Below are positions 12,426 through 27,679 of a DNA stretch of 64,000 nucleotides, in pieces. The notes below the pieces were generated by a model. The model was not told the origin of the DNA. It made no database searches and was given only the letters and a program-made list of their open reading frames with translations. Origin of the DNA: Octopus vulgaris (lineage: Eukaryota); assembly GCA_951406725.2 (NCBI GenBank), contig OX597832.1, positions 10,354,001-10,418,000 of the forward strand. The letters are read 5' to 3'. The first letter of the stretch is position 1; the number at the start of each line of letters is the position of its first letter. Position numbers and translations under genes: made by a program.

Positions 12426-14974
12426 TATATTTGTTTGGTAGATGAATATATACAAATATATATATTAATTAATTAAATGTATATATATGCGTTTGTGTGT
12501 GTGGGCATATGTATGTGTGTTTTTGCCTCTGTATTTATATGTATATATATATATATATTTATATGTATATATATATATACATACATACACATATGCACAT
12601 GTATACACACATGTTTAGACATACATATACATACATATTACATATTATATATGTATATATGCACATGCACACACACACATATATATAGTCATGTGTGTGT
12701 GCGCATGTGGACGGTTGTGTGAGTATATATGTGAGTGTGCGTGTGATTATGTGTGTGAGTGTATGCGTGTGTATATATGTTTGTATGTGCATATACTTGC
12801 ACGTAAGCATACTGGAAATTCAACACTTTGCAATAGTTTGAATTTTAACAAATTATACGGCAAAAGTAAAGTCGAATTTCTATTGATTTTATACGAATTT
12901 TTATTTAATTAACTACAAAATTCTACATAATTAATAAAATGAAGTAGCTAATCCTTTGATGTTATTAATTATCTCTGTTTTGACAATAGTTTCAGGAACG
13001 ACTGGAAGACTGATATTCTTCCTGTCGAGGGTGGAATACATAATTTGGTTGAAGAGGAATAAGTGTTAGCAAGGAAACTGAGCCACACACTAGCATAAGC
13101 ACATTGCAGACCAAACAGACTTGCAGACTAAATTAGCAAAATAATTATAATCAAACTAAGATTATGTTAATAATGAAATTCATAGAAGAATACTGGCGAC
13201 CGGTGGAACATTATATCGACTCTTGAGGAATTACGGATTGATGAAATGAAATGTCTCATAGTATTTTGAAAATTCAGAAGGGAATCTATATTTCATTCAA
13301 ATCAAAAGCCCGTAAAAATAGTGCCATACTGACGTCTGTGCATACACATTTAGAAAATATATACGTATCCATGCACAGAAACACAGACATAGGCAACCAC
13401 ACATATGCACGCACACACACATGTACTCGCGCACGCACACACACACATACTCAATAGTAGATGGCTGTTTGAAGACCTCATGTAGCCTGACCTTAAGTGC
13501 TGATTAAGAGTTGTTTTGATATATTTGCTCATTTAGGCACGCAGCTATATGTATCAGATATAAATTATGACTAGTCTTGTGGGATCAATAATCAAATAAT
13601 CAGATATCTTCAGACACACATACAAAAGCGCCTTTATGTATGTGTTTAGACAGACAGACACACTCAAACACACATATATATATATGCGCATACACTATAT
13701 ACGTACAAAAGCAAACACACACACACACGCACATATATATATATATATGTATATGTACAGTATATACGTACGTACATATACGTCATATACGTAGGTATAT
13801 ATATTCATTTATATATATATATATATAACTACATGTAAACACAAGTGAATATGTACACACATACACTCACATATACAGAAACGCATTCAGAAACATACAT
13901 ATTTATACATACGCGCATGTATATACATTTATGCATGCATATATATTTCTTCGGGCTTAACCTGAAAATAAATTCACTTGTTTGACCTAATGCACTCTCT
14001 TATCCGTCACGCAACGACTGGCAGTTAAGTGAGTATGTATTATATACATATACTTCGTGATTACTATTTATTAATTCAAAGCAATCGTTTCGGTGTTATA
14101 ATTAATTAACTCACATTCTTGTACACAGTATATTAATTTCAACATCCAACTGTAAGTGATATAATTTTCGCAATGTAAATTCCCAGCAGTCGCACAAATT
14201 TCGTTGCTATTCAATTTAAACACAAGCACATCCATATATTATTCATATGTATAATGAATATTCTCCACTCACATTAAAATAAAATCCATAGTAACACAAG
14301 CGAATTTGTATGCCAAAAGCATATTTCGTGTTTATTAATGAACCACTTGCAAAATAAACCTAAGTCACTGTGTGATGTATAGCTGTGCAATATATAATGT
14401 CTACATATATTAGCTGCATGAAAACGAGGAACATAAATATTTTCTCACTGTTTTGACATATATGATAGAGTAATTTACATGCAATTACACTACTGCTAGG
14501 TACTTATGACACGCAGCTGAATATTTGGTCACCAATAATGATAGTCTACTTCATTTGCTCATGACTACTGCATTTTAACTTATTAATGAAGTTATTTCAC
14601 AGGAAATAATAAAATTCAAAGCATATTTGAATTAGTTTCTGCTATGTAGATTGGATCAATTGACACTACTAATAAAAAATTATATACTACATTCCTCCAT
14701 AAATTACAATTTTCTCAAAATCAATATTATATTTTGGTGGGAAATGGTGTAAGGTTTCCACCAAGAGATATGAGAGAATTTACGAGAAAATTGTTTCATT
14801 GGGCACTGGATTTAAATCTAATATATTTCACTTACAGATTGATACGAATGCAGAAACCAATATACAAAACCTACTCTGAAACCAATTTTCTTTCGTCCAT
14901 TATACGTGCACATAATTGTACACATACTTATGCATGTGTATCCTTCTCGGTATATATACACAGACAAACACACA

Positions 14975-15450
<476 letters not shown>

Positions 15451-16292
15451 CAAGGGATCTTGGGCAAGTGTATTCTACTGTATTGTAATAGTTATCCCAT
15501 GGATTACTATAAATGCAGGCAGGTTTTAAAAAGACAGCAACTGTTCACTCTGCAACATTGAAACAGAATTGTTGACAAAAACTTTGTGAAGATTTCGGGG
15601 TTCTACCAAAGGACATGGTGGGGAACTTATCCTCAACATAATATTTAGAACTCGTCGGGGTCATTTGCTTTAGATGGTAGTAAATCATTTACAAATTTAC
15701 AAATTTTTCTGACTAATAAAACAATGTCAGAAATATAGCATTTAATATCATATTAAAAACCGATTAACTCTGTTTAAAATACTCAAGCATACACATAGCT
15801 TGTTTTTGATTTAAGAGGATTAAATATTTCTAAATTCGTTCTTGTTACATGAATAGAGATATAGCCACCGATAAATATTCTAATAGTTATTCACGAGCCT
15901 TTCCGAAACAAATTTGTTCGCAATAGAAGCTAATATTCTTTTGCTGATTGTGGTTATTGGTTACAAAAATGAATGTATATGAAATATTTATACAAATTTT
16001 TCCTTTAATGGTCGTTACATTTATGTGATAGCCAGAAGTCAAGCATATCACGTATACGTGTCTGTTTGATTCTAAGTTTTCACTGTGTTACTACACTGCT
16101 TGTATGAGACTGTTCAAGAAATGTCTGTATCTCGATGCAGAGTAGTTAATAGTATACGAACAGAGTCGTTTCTTAACTTTTCTGCAGAAATATCATCTGC
16201 CACTGTATATTGACTGACAGGTACGATATATACATGCGCAGAAATTCCGTATACACATGCAATAAAACATATTCGTTTGCTTGTGTGCGCGC

Positions 16293-16367
<75 letters not shown>

Positions 16368-17954
16368 TGTTTGTGTGTTACGTGTGAATTTAACGCCAGT
16401 TTTCCGGTGGTTTGTGCAAATTGTAGGTGCTGCAGTGAGTTAGTACGATATAGACGTATACTTACACCTGAGATACATTTGGTTTACATGAACCTTAATA
16501 TTTCTGGTGTCCGAGCCCTGTTTCAGATCGATGATTGAGATATTATTAAAAATTGATAACGTCATTTATGCCGCCAGCAAGTATTCAGGTGTGATACATT
16601 TTCATCATCACTTCGGTTATCCTGATGCAGTGGCAGTGCTCTATTTTTTCTGACGTAGCATTTCAAATTAGATGCTATGCAACCGTTGTTACATTGGAGA
16701 AAGTTGAAATACAATGACCGTTTTTAAGAGAGGCCTTCTCATTAAGTGATAACCCAATACTGGAATAACAACTTAACAATTTTCCATCAAATTCATTAAA
16801 CCTTATATCGGCAGAACTAGATCGCAGATATATTTTCCCACATGGATTCGAATAAGAAATTGTGGCAACTATGATTAAACCCGAGTACATCCATCCAAGA
16901 TCCCAATGATTATTAGAACATATTTGTTAGCCATATACTTATGAATAGGTAGGGAGGGGTACACGTATGGTTACAATTTGAATATAAATCATATTACAAT
17001 ATATTTCAGTAAGTTTTACACCGGATATTACATATACAATTTCGGGTTCACTGCAATGTACATAATGTAATTCTAAAAATACAACGAAATCTTGCCAAAT
17101 TCCTGTTTTATAACGAGGAAAAGGAGAATGATAACCATTACCTATTAATCCTCTTTCAGTGCTGATTTTTCAGAAACCAAGATCTGTTTAAAAAATGTTT
17201 TCAGCAAATTCCATTATGTTGTTACAAGTATCAATGCACAAAAAAATAAATTTGCCAATAGACGATAAAAATATTATCGTTGATCTGTAAGCTGACATCT
17301 CTGATATCACTGGACGCAATTACAATGAAGAACTATTTGATTATGAAATCAGCTTGAACAAAACTATAGTAATTTTTTCATGGAGATAACCAAGATTCTA
17401 TAATATATTTTTTAAGGAGAAGTCATCATTTAAATAATTGATTATATGAGACAATGAAGGAGCCTATTTCTAGCAGTCACATCTGCCTTAAATTTCATGA
17501 ACTCTTTAAAAATATATTTCCTCTTGCTTTGGATAGCATAGTCCCACAATCATTATGTCTTAATGAAACATCGCCTGCGGGATCAATGCTGACTTCTGTG
17601 TAGCAGGTAGTGTGGGTGTTTTGAATTATATAATTATGTTTAACAAGCCTGGCGTAATGCGAAATTACGTTTAAGACAAATGCGATAGAATTTAAGGAAG
17701 CTGTGATATGAATGTGCATCGTCTCACATAAGCATAACTAATTTTGAGTGCACAGACTTTCTGAATACATTATTAAAAGAGGAAGCTGAGTTAAAATTCA
17801 AAATGAGCTCGAAAATGTCTTAGAAACGATTTATTTTACTCTGCTGTCCGAGGGATAAGTGTCTTTACCACGTGATAATTTTATGATAATTGTGTATCAT
17901 AGAGCTCATGAAGTTAACTTTGTAATATTGATTTATTTATTGCACACGGCGCAG

Positions 17955-18358
17955 GGGCTAAACATAGAGGGGACAAACAAGGACAGACAAGGGGATTAAG
18001 TCGATTATATCGACCCCAGTGATTAACTCGTATTTAGTAAATCGACCCCGAAAAGATGTGAGGCAAAGTCGACCTCGGCGGAATTTGAACTCAGAAAGAA
18101 ACGGCAGACGAAACATCGATATGTGCGGCGTGATAACGTTTCTTATTTCTTTATTGCCCACAAGGGGCTACATATAGAGGGGACAAACAAAGACATACAG
18201 TAGGATTAAGTTGATTACATCGACCCCAGTGCGTAACTGGTACTTGATTTATCGACCCCGAGAAAATGGAAGGCAAAGTCGACCTCGGCAGAATTTGAAC
18301 TCAGAACATAACGGCAGCATTTCGCGCGGCGTGCTAACGTTTCAACCAGCTCGCCGCC
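17955..18358 (-). mobile_element. Two tandem copies of tRNA-derived SINE family B
   Basis: ggggcta.a.atagaggggacaaacaa...atcgaccccagtg...aggcaaagtcgacctcggc.gaatttgaactcagaa occurs twice; minus-strand head ggcggcgagctgg with B-box gagttcaaattc. Confidence 0.9.
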
Positions 18359-18642
18359 TATTGGTTGGTTTGAGAGACAAAAAGCACTGATTTTAGGACA
18401 CGTATAAGGAACTATAAGGAACTATAATTTCTAGAAATTTTGCATATGTATACATATATATGTGAGAGAGAGAGAGAAATAGACAGAGATTGACAGAGAC
18501 AGAGAAAGTGAAGGAGAAGAAAAAGGAGGGAGAGAGTGAATGAAGGCGAGGGAGAGAGAGAATGTGTATGTGTGTGTGCGTGTGTGCACGTGCGATAGAA
18601 AGAAATCAAATTATTTATATGTTTTTACGTAAGAAATTCTGC

Positions 18643-18855
18643 TACTACTACTACTAGTACTAATAATAATAATAATAACAGTGATGATGATGATGATGAT
18701 GATGATTATGACGATGAGAAGAAGACGACGACGACGACGAAGACGAAGAAGAAGAAGAAGAAGAAGAAGAAGAAGAAGAAGAAGAAGAAGAAGAAGAAGA
18801 AGAAGAAGAAGAAGAAGAAGAAGAAGAAGAAGAAGAAGAAGAAGAAGAAGAAGAA
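18643..18855. repeat. Compound trinucleotide microsatellite (TAC/TAA/TGA/CGA/AGA)
   Basis: Directly visible; source of the poly-R/poly-S pseudo-ORFs. Confidence 0.95.
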
Positions 18856-19689
18856 AAAGTAACGTGATGGTGTACCAAGCGCAGATTCTTATGGCTTTAG
18901 ATCTTAACTGATTGGAAGTGTTATCATGTGTACATTTTGTCTGACCACAAAAGATGAGCTACAGCAAAAATTCTACTCAATACTATAGATTTGCTTGTCA
19001 GTTGTTTAACCTGAACCAGTCCAGCACGTCCCTTAGTGACCAAAGATATGTGTACCTCTTTTCTACACTAGGAGCAAGCCTTGAAAAAGATATTTGTATC
19101 TCCGATCAGGAGCTATTGTGGTGGGGGAGCATCATAGTAATGTGTTGAGAAAAATTCTTTGGAGTTTGAATAATTCTGGAAAGTGGGTGTGTCGTTCCAC
19201 ATCTCAACATAACCAAATTTCAAGGATCTTTCCAGGGGTTACTTGCCATGAACATTTTAACTGTAAGGTCATGGGCTGTTTATCATCTTGATATAAGATC
19301 GCCATGTCGCGCACATGTGGTTGCGATGCATGTGCCTGGTGTACTCTTATCAAGCTGGTATACTGGTATACTGAGCCTACATTTGATCTCAGGGTCCTTT
19401 TAATGACATGCACTGCTCTCGCACTCATTAATAATTTTATTATTTCTTCCGTCTTTACTTTCAACTGCTGCCATGGGCAAATTTGCCTTTCATTTTATCA
19501 GGGTCGATAAAATAAGTACTAGATGTAATCTGTTGTGGATGTAATTGACTTACCCTCCCGCGAAATTTCAAGCCTTGGACCAAAACTAGAAATCGATATT
19601 AATAATATTCAAAATTAGGTACTCAATCAATTAAAAGAAATATATATAATGTTTGGAGTTAAAACTCATCTCAAATCTCCCTAATTTTC

Positions 19690-21650
19690 CTTAGAATTCT
19701 TGCAAGTAGAAAATGAACGCCTGTCTCAAATCCCTATTCTTAAGTTCCTTAGTTAGCTGTTTAAGTAGTGTGTCGAGTGCACTAATCATGAACAAATAAT
19801 CCTGTATGTGGCTAACTTAGTATATTTCTCAATTTCCTCAATCATTTTGATACTGATTGCATTATCATATAGTAATGCAAAGTCTTTGATATTGCACTTG
19901 CTTCTTCTTTCTATCATATCTGCAATACTTGCTTCCATAAGTGTTTCTTTTTTTAAATCCCATAGAATCTCGTACTTAACATCCAACACCAAGAACAGTT
20001 AGAATGTACAAGCTTATATGTGATCCCAATTCAATTTTTTGTTGACAGAGTGAAGCCTAGACTTCTAGCGTTTTTATGCTAGCCTACTGCATTCATTTAA
20101 GACATGATAAATACACCGGCATCTTTCTTCACATATTCTGTATTTGTTCTCTGAGAATTAACACTTTCTGTTATAATCAAATTCATTCTAAATGTTTTTT
20201 TTCATTACAAACCATAATTAGTAATTCACTTTCTAGTAATATGCTTTCAATTGTCAGCCACGACTAGTAATCCCTATTTCCAATATCGAACGTATCTTAC
20301 TGCGTTGAAGCAATTCATTCTATTTTCCAACGTATTGTTCTAATACTTATGCCACATATTTGTTACTGGCCTTAGAGAATGTCTCCTTTAGTAAACACTA
20401 TACTTTTTTGAAAACAATATCCCAATACAGATTGTGTCTTCTGCTTTTCACATACGTTTAAGTCTGTAGCTGTATAACTGTTCACATTTTAGTAAGTCTG
20501 TAGCTGTATAACTGTTCACTTTAGAAAAGTAGTAAAGTACTAAGACATTCGCATCTTACATATTTCCTTTGCTTAGATAAGATTCTTTCTATTTAGTTTT
20601 ATATTTAGCAACTCCTAATCCTTCTTATTGTTTGGAAACTGTGTGTTCTATTAATCTATCCATTATCGTATCGGCCGAAAATATCCCTAGGTACATGTAT
20701 CATTATTTATCTAGTACTAACCTAATTATATTATCTTGTAAAATTTTTATATCACCAGATTAGTCTTTCGGTTTTTCTTCATGTTTAAAGCTGCGCAAAT
20801 ATTTAACCCAAATTGTACGACAATATGCTTGCTATATAAAGTGTACAGAAAACTTTAACCATTCCGATCAAAGTTTGAGGTTATCCACTTAAGGCATATG
20901 ACTTATTTATTTTATACCCTTTTGCTCATGGTAAGTCACTACAATTCCCTTAATAAGATAGCATTTAGCATAGCATTACTTTCATATTATTTCTCTTTCA
21001 TCTGTTATTGATAAAATTTCCCTTCATTTTTTCTAGAGCCTGTTCTATTGACACTGGTTTAAGCTCCGTTGATATATAATTGGTAAATGTGTTGTCATAC
21101 CGCTTATAGTTACCTAATGTTCTCTTGTATCTTTTATTTAACCACGTAATCCTTGTACCCTATGCTGTACTTCCTTTCGAGTACGTCCGTGTTTTTCACT
21201 TGCCAACTTCTTTTCAATTTCTGTTCTTGATTTTTTCCAATATATATTCATCTGACCACCTTCATTCTAAAGTACTCATTCTCCGAAAATTGTCCTCTGC
21301 ACTCCATTGTTTTACTAATCGTAAGTCAGTTTCAACAGTACAGATGCTGCGCAATACACGTTTTCCATTACTTGAGTTTTATTCTCAAAATTGATCTATA
21401 TTCAAACCCCCTGCCGCTAAACGAATTTACAGAGATTTTCTATTTCTATGTAATATGGTAGCATTGTTATCTCATTAGTTAAAGTCTCCTTTCAACGTTC
21501 TACTAGTTTTTATTTCGCTTCACTAACATACTTTTCGTCGGCATATTAAGACTTACGGCGATAAATTTAATATTCATTATTCGATATCTCTGGTATTTCT
21601 TGTTTTGTTTCCTTTTCAATGTAACCACCTTACTCTTTTAATGATTTGAA
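19690..21650 (-). mobile_element. Highly decayed non-LTR retrotransposon with restriction-like endonuclease (R4/Dong-like)
   Basis: YEILWD...ADMI...CNIKDFALLYD...EEIEKYTKLA (RLE-type ILWD..PD..IIDxA..KxxKY) at 19786-19992; YMYLGI (YKYLG) near 20690. Confidence 0.6.
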
Positions 21651-21948
21651 TGTTTCTTCCAGTACAAACAGGGAGGGCAACTGTGTTTCCATTACTGAAT
21701 ACTTTTCTGATCTAGAAGTATTTGGAACATACATTTCTATCGATGCATTAGTCTTACCCTATCCACATATAAGTTTGGCAGGTTCACTCCAATAGTAACA
21801 ATTCATAACGTTACCGTTGTTACCTTCGGTCGACCATCTAATTATTGCCGCATTTATTGAACAAAGATGACACTCGTGCATGGCGGGACATTGCAGTATA
21901 AGAAACTTTTGCTCGAAGATCCAGTATCATTTATACAATTACAATGTA

Positions 21949-22510
21949 TTGGGTTGTCCGGACAGTTCGTGCTGATTTATAACAGCTTGCATTTCGACTT
22001 ATTTTAGTACATGGTTGAGCCTATAAAATAGGATTTGACTACACCTCCATTCAGAGCACAGTTTAAGCTATCTTTTCGTGGAAGAAGGTTTATGTTCTTA
22101 TAACCTGTGTTAATTCTGTAACCCTTTAAAATGGAAGATAAGAAAGTGCCTTCTCGGCAATCGATGCTTTGGGAACCAGACAAACATTGCTGCAGCTCGG
22201 CTGGGATGTATTACCTCACCCTCAATATTCACCAGCTATATTGCTCCTTCGGATTTCCACTTATTCAGATCTCTGCAGAATAGTCTTCAAGGTAAAAATT
22301 TCAATTCCTTGGATGACGTAAAAAGATACCTTGATGAATTCTTTGCCATGAAACCACCGCAATTCTGTGAAGGGGGTATTTTCAAGTTAAAGGAAAGATG
22401 GAGACGCATTGTGCAATAAAATGGTTCATGTTTGGTTGATTAAAAATATAATGGCATTTATTGATTTCTATTTCCTTTAAAAATCGACACGAACTTTCCG
22501 GATAACCCAA
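21949..22510 (+). mobile_element. Internally deleted mariner element with TIRs and TA target duplication
   Basis: TIRs ttgggttgtccggacagttcgtgctgattt / aaatcgacacgaactttccggataacccaa flanked by TA; ORF start MEDKKV joined to C-terminal LGWDVLPHPQYSP..APSDFHLFRSLQ...KLKERW. Confidence 0.92.
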
Positions 22511-23051
22511 TACATTGTGTTTGGTATTACGCTCATAAGGAAGTCACCACGTTAAGATGTCACAAGCACCGACGTTTCAATGTGGACATTATCTAGAGGA
22601 GACAAAAGTCAAGGTTCAAATTACCTTCCCACATGTGTTACGCTCAATCATTAAAAGATGAACTATGATTATTTTCTTCGAGTGCACAAACGTATTGTCA
22701 TTATTGTGTATTATGATAATGTTGTATTATGATAACAATATTATATATGTAACACATATAACTCGGGTTTGATGAGTAAGATAAGAAATGGATCCTGAAA
22801 AAGAAACGTCTAATCGTTCATGATCAACTTCACCTCTTAATATATACGGTTTTATCGCCAGGCTGTCTCTGTACGCAGCATTCAATATGTATTCGCCTGC
22901 ATGACATAATTTCAGTACTTCAAATATACATACGAACGTCGAATTTAAGAAATTAATTTTACGAAGAATTTGTCTAACACCTACCTAAAACTGATTCAAT
23001 GAAATACAATGCTTTCAGGGCAATCAACTAACAAATTATGCGTTACTATAC

Positions 23052-23177
<126 letters not shown>

Positions 23178-23186
23178 ATATGTATG

Positions 23187-23234
<48 letters not shown>

Positions 23235-23663
23235 CAGACAGACAGATTTACACACGCACGCAAACACACACACACAGAATATGAAAAAGAAGTTGCGTTA
23301 AAAAACGATTTTGAAACGACTGTGTGATGTTGGGTAATTATTCAACAGGTTACATAAAGATAAATAAAGCGCAAAGATATAAGTTTTAATCGATAGAGCG
23401 GATGCTAATTTCCACGTAGTTGGCTTCAGGTTTTGACATAAATACCGTATTATCTGGTCAATTGGTTGGCAATGCCCAATGGAGTATAAGTTGTTAAGTA
23501 GAAGTCTTTATAGAATAATCGATAGCAAATGCAAAGTACAGCAGCTATGTCACCGCTTATTGCTTTTATGTATTTTATGGAAGATACACTTTTGTAGTTT
23601 AATCAATTTTGTTATTGTTCCAGACAGAATGCATATACACACACACATGTACATATGTGTGCT

Positions 23664-23749
<86 letters not shown>

Positions 23750-23759
23750 CTTGTTTGTA

Positions 23760-23807
<48 letters not shown>

Positions 23808-23879
23808 GAAACACATATAAATATATATATTCACACACACACACAATCAGGCATTCGCACACACATATCGGAAACTCTT

Positions 23880-24330
23880 TCCTCAATAGTGTCAGATGCA
23901 CATACTCGGGATCTTTGACGCCAAGACCTTAGAAACTACACTAGGAAAGATGCGGTATCCTCCCACACTTGTAGATGATGGGATTAATTGTGCCAAGAAA
24001 ATAGATATCAAAGCGCAACAGGAAAGAAAACGAAATCCTACACCTCATCTACAAGTAATACCTTATATCTATATCGACACATCCCTAAAGACTTCGTGTC
24101 ATACAACACCATTATTCAAAATCTACCAATGTCCCTTTGTGATTCAAAGATGAATAACATTCTACAAACACACAAATTCATGAAATATATGAAAGAAAAA
24201 ACTAGTAAAAGGACTACTGACAAATATGAAGCTTTACTCAACAACAGCGATACCAATAGTTCAAAAATGTGGAGGTGCATATTCTGTTACGCGCCTCAAC
24301 CTAAAAAAAAGTTTCGGTATTCCAATTCAA
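23880..24330 (+). mobile_element. Penelope-like element, thumb/linker remnant
   Basis: IVSDAHTRDL...TTLGKMRYPPTLVDDGINCAKKID...NTIIQNLPM...MNNIL resembles the PLE region between RT and GIY-YIG. Confidence 0.55.
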
Positions 24331-26762
24331 AGAAGGACGATGAGTTACAACAGAGATTTTTACCATGTTGTTGGTTGCACCATAGCTCAAGAAAAGTAAC
24401 AAACGATAAAACCTCAAAATCATCCATTACCAGCCTCAACTTAAGTAACCTAATTTGGCAATATTAGGAAGTCCCAGGAATTTATTGAACGAGAACAAAT
24501 GTTTTCCAATGATTCCGGGATTCCTCATTTCCGGGAACCAAAATAAGGGATTTGCAGCATATTAGGAGGTCAGAATAATTGATTCCACGCAAAAAATCAA
24601 GGGTTTTTTTCTTTGTGAAAATCGTGCGTGTGAAAGTATCAACATTTATCAAAATGTTATCCTTGTAGACAAATAATAAAATAAATAGTTTTATATAAAA
24701 GCAGGTAATTACAACTTTATTTTTCTTAGTGAATATCGTACGGCTGATAATATAGAAATTTACCATACTGCAAATCTATCATCAAAGGCATTCCAGCCTT
24801 CATTAAACCGTCTTTTAGGGATAATCTAGGGCATTACATATAATGGGCGTGTGATTTAGGTATGGGGTATACATTAGCTGCTATCTATAGCGTGTCGAGC
24901 GACTAGGTAGAGGTTCTTTCATTAATTAAATAATTTGTAAGTCTAATTGAATAGATCCGAAATGGATGAAAGGCTAAATCGACCTCCGCGGAATTTCAAC
25001 TAAGAACGTAAATACAGGCGAAATACCACATCTAAAATACACAATTTTCTCACAAACGTTGAGAGTAGATCCTGTTCTATGTGACACATTCAACCAGAAT
25101 CGGAAGTTTGAAAGAATTTATCAGGTCATCCCATAATTTCTGTCCGAATTTTGAATAAAGAAAACAAGTGATCAAAAGCTATATTTGATTGAAATTTTAT
25201 CATCTTTGTACTTTCCCTGATTATCTATGATTTCATTACATCTATTTATAAGCTTTTTGATCCCATCAAGGTAAAACACATTTGGTTTCAAAACGAAGAA
25301 CTCTCAAATGTTAGTTTCGATTTCCTTCTGGCTTGCCAAAGTTATGTTCCGCAAATGATTCTGTAAACTATGAAACAAATGATAGTCCGAAGGGGCAAGT
25401 AACATTTAAACAGGCTTTAAGTTTAGCACCAATTCTTTTTGTGATGGCTTGTTTTTTGCAGAGTACCCTCAATATTTAATTTCATAACAGTGGACAACAC
25501 GTGCAACCACGCACAAAATGACAGCGTCAGAATCTTATTTTTAAACTTCAAAAACCTTTTTTAGAAAAAGCTTTCTCGGAAATGAAATATGCCCTGGGGT
25601 TCAGCGGAAAATTTTACATCGGAATATCACATTGTAAGGTCTTCACTCAATTTTAAAATTTCAAAAATGCAGCCAAACAGTAATGATACCAAACAACTTC
25701 ATATTCAAAAATAGATGTAAATGAAGTGAAGTGGGTCATCAGATGACCGAAATGTCATGCTTAAATAAACAATTTATCTCTTGATATATAGAAATAATTT
25801 ACTCATTTATATATACAATGTATGGAAGGCCAAAACTGAAAAAAATTAGAGTAATTTGGCCAAATGTATCATTAGATATCTATTAAGTTAAAGTGGTTGT
25901 TATAAATCTAAAGAATTGACAATTGTCAACATAGACATAATAGAAGAAATGCGATAAAAATAGATTGAGTAACAAGTAATTAATTTTAGCAATTGAATGA
26001 GAAATATAAAAAAACAAACAATATATGTTAATCTCTACTCAAAGGCATTGTATAGATAGGTTAGTGGGAACGAAACAGCTGAAGATTTAAGATTCCATAG
26101 AAATCATGTTTGAATGGTCGGTCAAGTAAAACCGAGAAATTGTATTCAACAGAAGCAGGATTTAATAAGGGTTCAACAAGGTCAAAAAACATCAGAGAAT
26201 AAGTGTGTGCCTTCAAAAACATTACTCACGCACTCTAACCACACCTCAAATATACTTTCCGGCATAATGAACTGAAGTGACACAAGAACAAAACACACAT
26301 ACATAGAACTGTGCCCACAGGACTAGAAATATACATAAAAACATAAAAGTATAAAAACTGTATACACACAAACACAGACATTTACACACTCATCACCACG
26401 TACACACTAGTGTATGAAATATAAGTGTGTGTCTGTGTGAATGTGTGTGTGTGTTTGTGCACGCGCAAAAGAAACAGATAGACGCTCACTGACACATGAA
26501 GGCACTCCTAAATATACATACGTTTATACATACATTGCTATACACGCAAGGAAAAATAGAGAGTGGGATTGCAGGAAATGTAAGCGTGAGAGCGTCAAAA
26601 GCCGTGTGTATGTTTAAAATACGCATATATGTGGTTTGTGCGAGTGTGTGTGTGTGTATGTATGTATATGTCTATGTCTTTGTGTGTGTATGTATGTATA
26701 TGTATATGTCTATGTGTGTGCATGTATAGATGGATGTGTGTGAATATATGTACGTATAAAGA

Positions 26763-26809
<47 letters not shown>

Positions 26810-27622
26810 CATACACACTTATACATATATACATAAAAAAAAACATACATACAGATATATATGTATTTATTAAATCTTATGCATTCATCTATTCATAAAC
26901 ATCCACATATGCATACATATCTGCACGAGCACATATAATACAGCCGTTTGTAAACATAAAACCAGTCCCTAGGGATGAAAAGTGAACGCGTCTCCGAGAT
27001 TGACAAAGGGATTATTACAAGTAATTTTAATGAATCGTATATTATAAACAATATCAAAGATTAAAAGCAAATGTGAGTGCAGGCGAGGAAGTTCAAAAGT
27101 ATAGGATTACGGAAACAAGGCCGTTATCAAAGAGTAACCGCTTCAATGATACTTTAAAAGAATAGTTACGGCATAAAATATATGGATACGTTGAACCGGA
27201 ATGCTAAATATCAAAAGGCCATCAAGTACGTTTACATGGTGGTAGAATGTCAAAATATGGCCTAGAACAAAATCTGTTACAAAAATGAAACCTAATTCTA
27301 GTCATCATTGGATCTGATGTGGTCGACTGCATTGATCAAAACCATGAAGTTTATTAATATAAGTGTGATAAGTTAGTATAACTTTAGGTGTAGTTAGAAT
27401 ATAGGAACAAACTTTTGCAAAATGCTGGAATTTTATAATGGGTACATCGTATTGGTTAATATTATTCAGTAGCATTTTACTTATATGGAATGCCCTAGGT
27501 ATATATATATTACGCTAGCCACAGCACTTGAAAAGATACTACATAGAAAAGGTTGCGATGCTACTCTCAGCTTATGGTTGTTATGTAGTTAAATATATTC
27601 GGTCATTGCTCTTGATTTATAT

Positions 27623-27677
<55 letters not shown>

Positions 27678-27679
27678 GG

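Noticed and set aside
12996-13061. Possible short exon NDWKTDILPVEGGIHNLVEEE* after tttcag
   Set aside because: Too short, no recognisable homology or partner exon
16188-16900. 33-nt AG/GT-bounded micro-exon and short ORFs with a YIGES word
   Set aside because: Cannot be distinguished from chance or very old PLE decay
20461-20519. 25-bp tandem duplication; similar short tandems near 35115-35178, 38765-38810, 43813-43860 and 44563-44605
   Set aside because: Ordinary local slippage; no unique spacers or cas genes, so not CRISPR
25733-25760. cat-CAGATGA-cc-GAAA-tg-TC-atg, and a similar motif at about 62920-62942
   Set aside because: Mutated core and no stem II; cannot form a hammerhead
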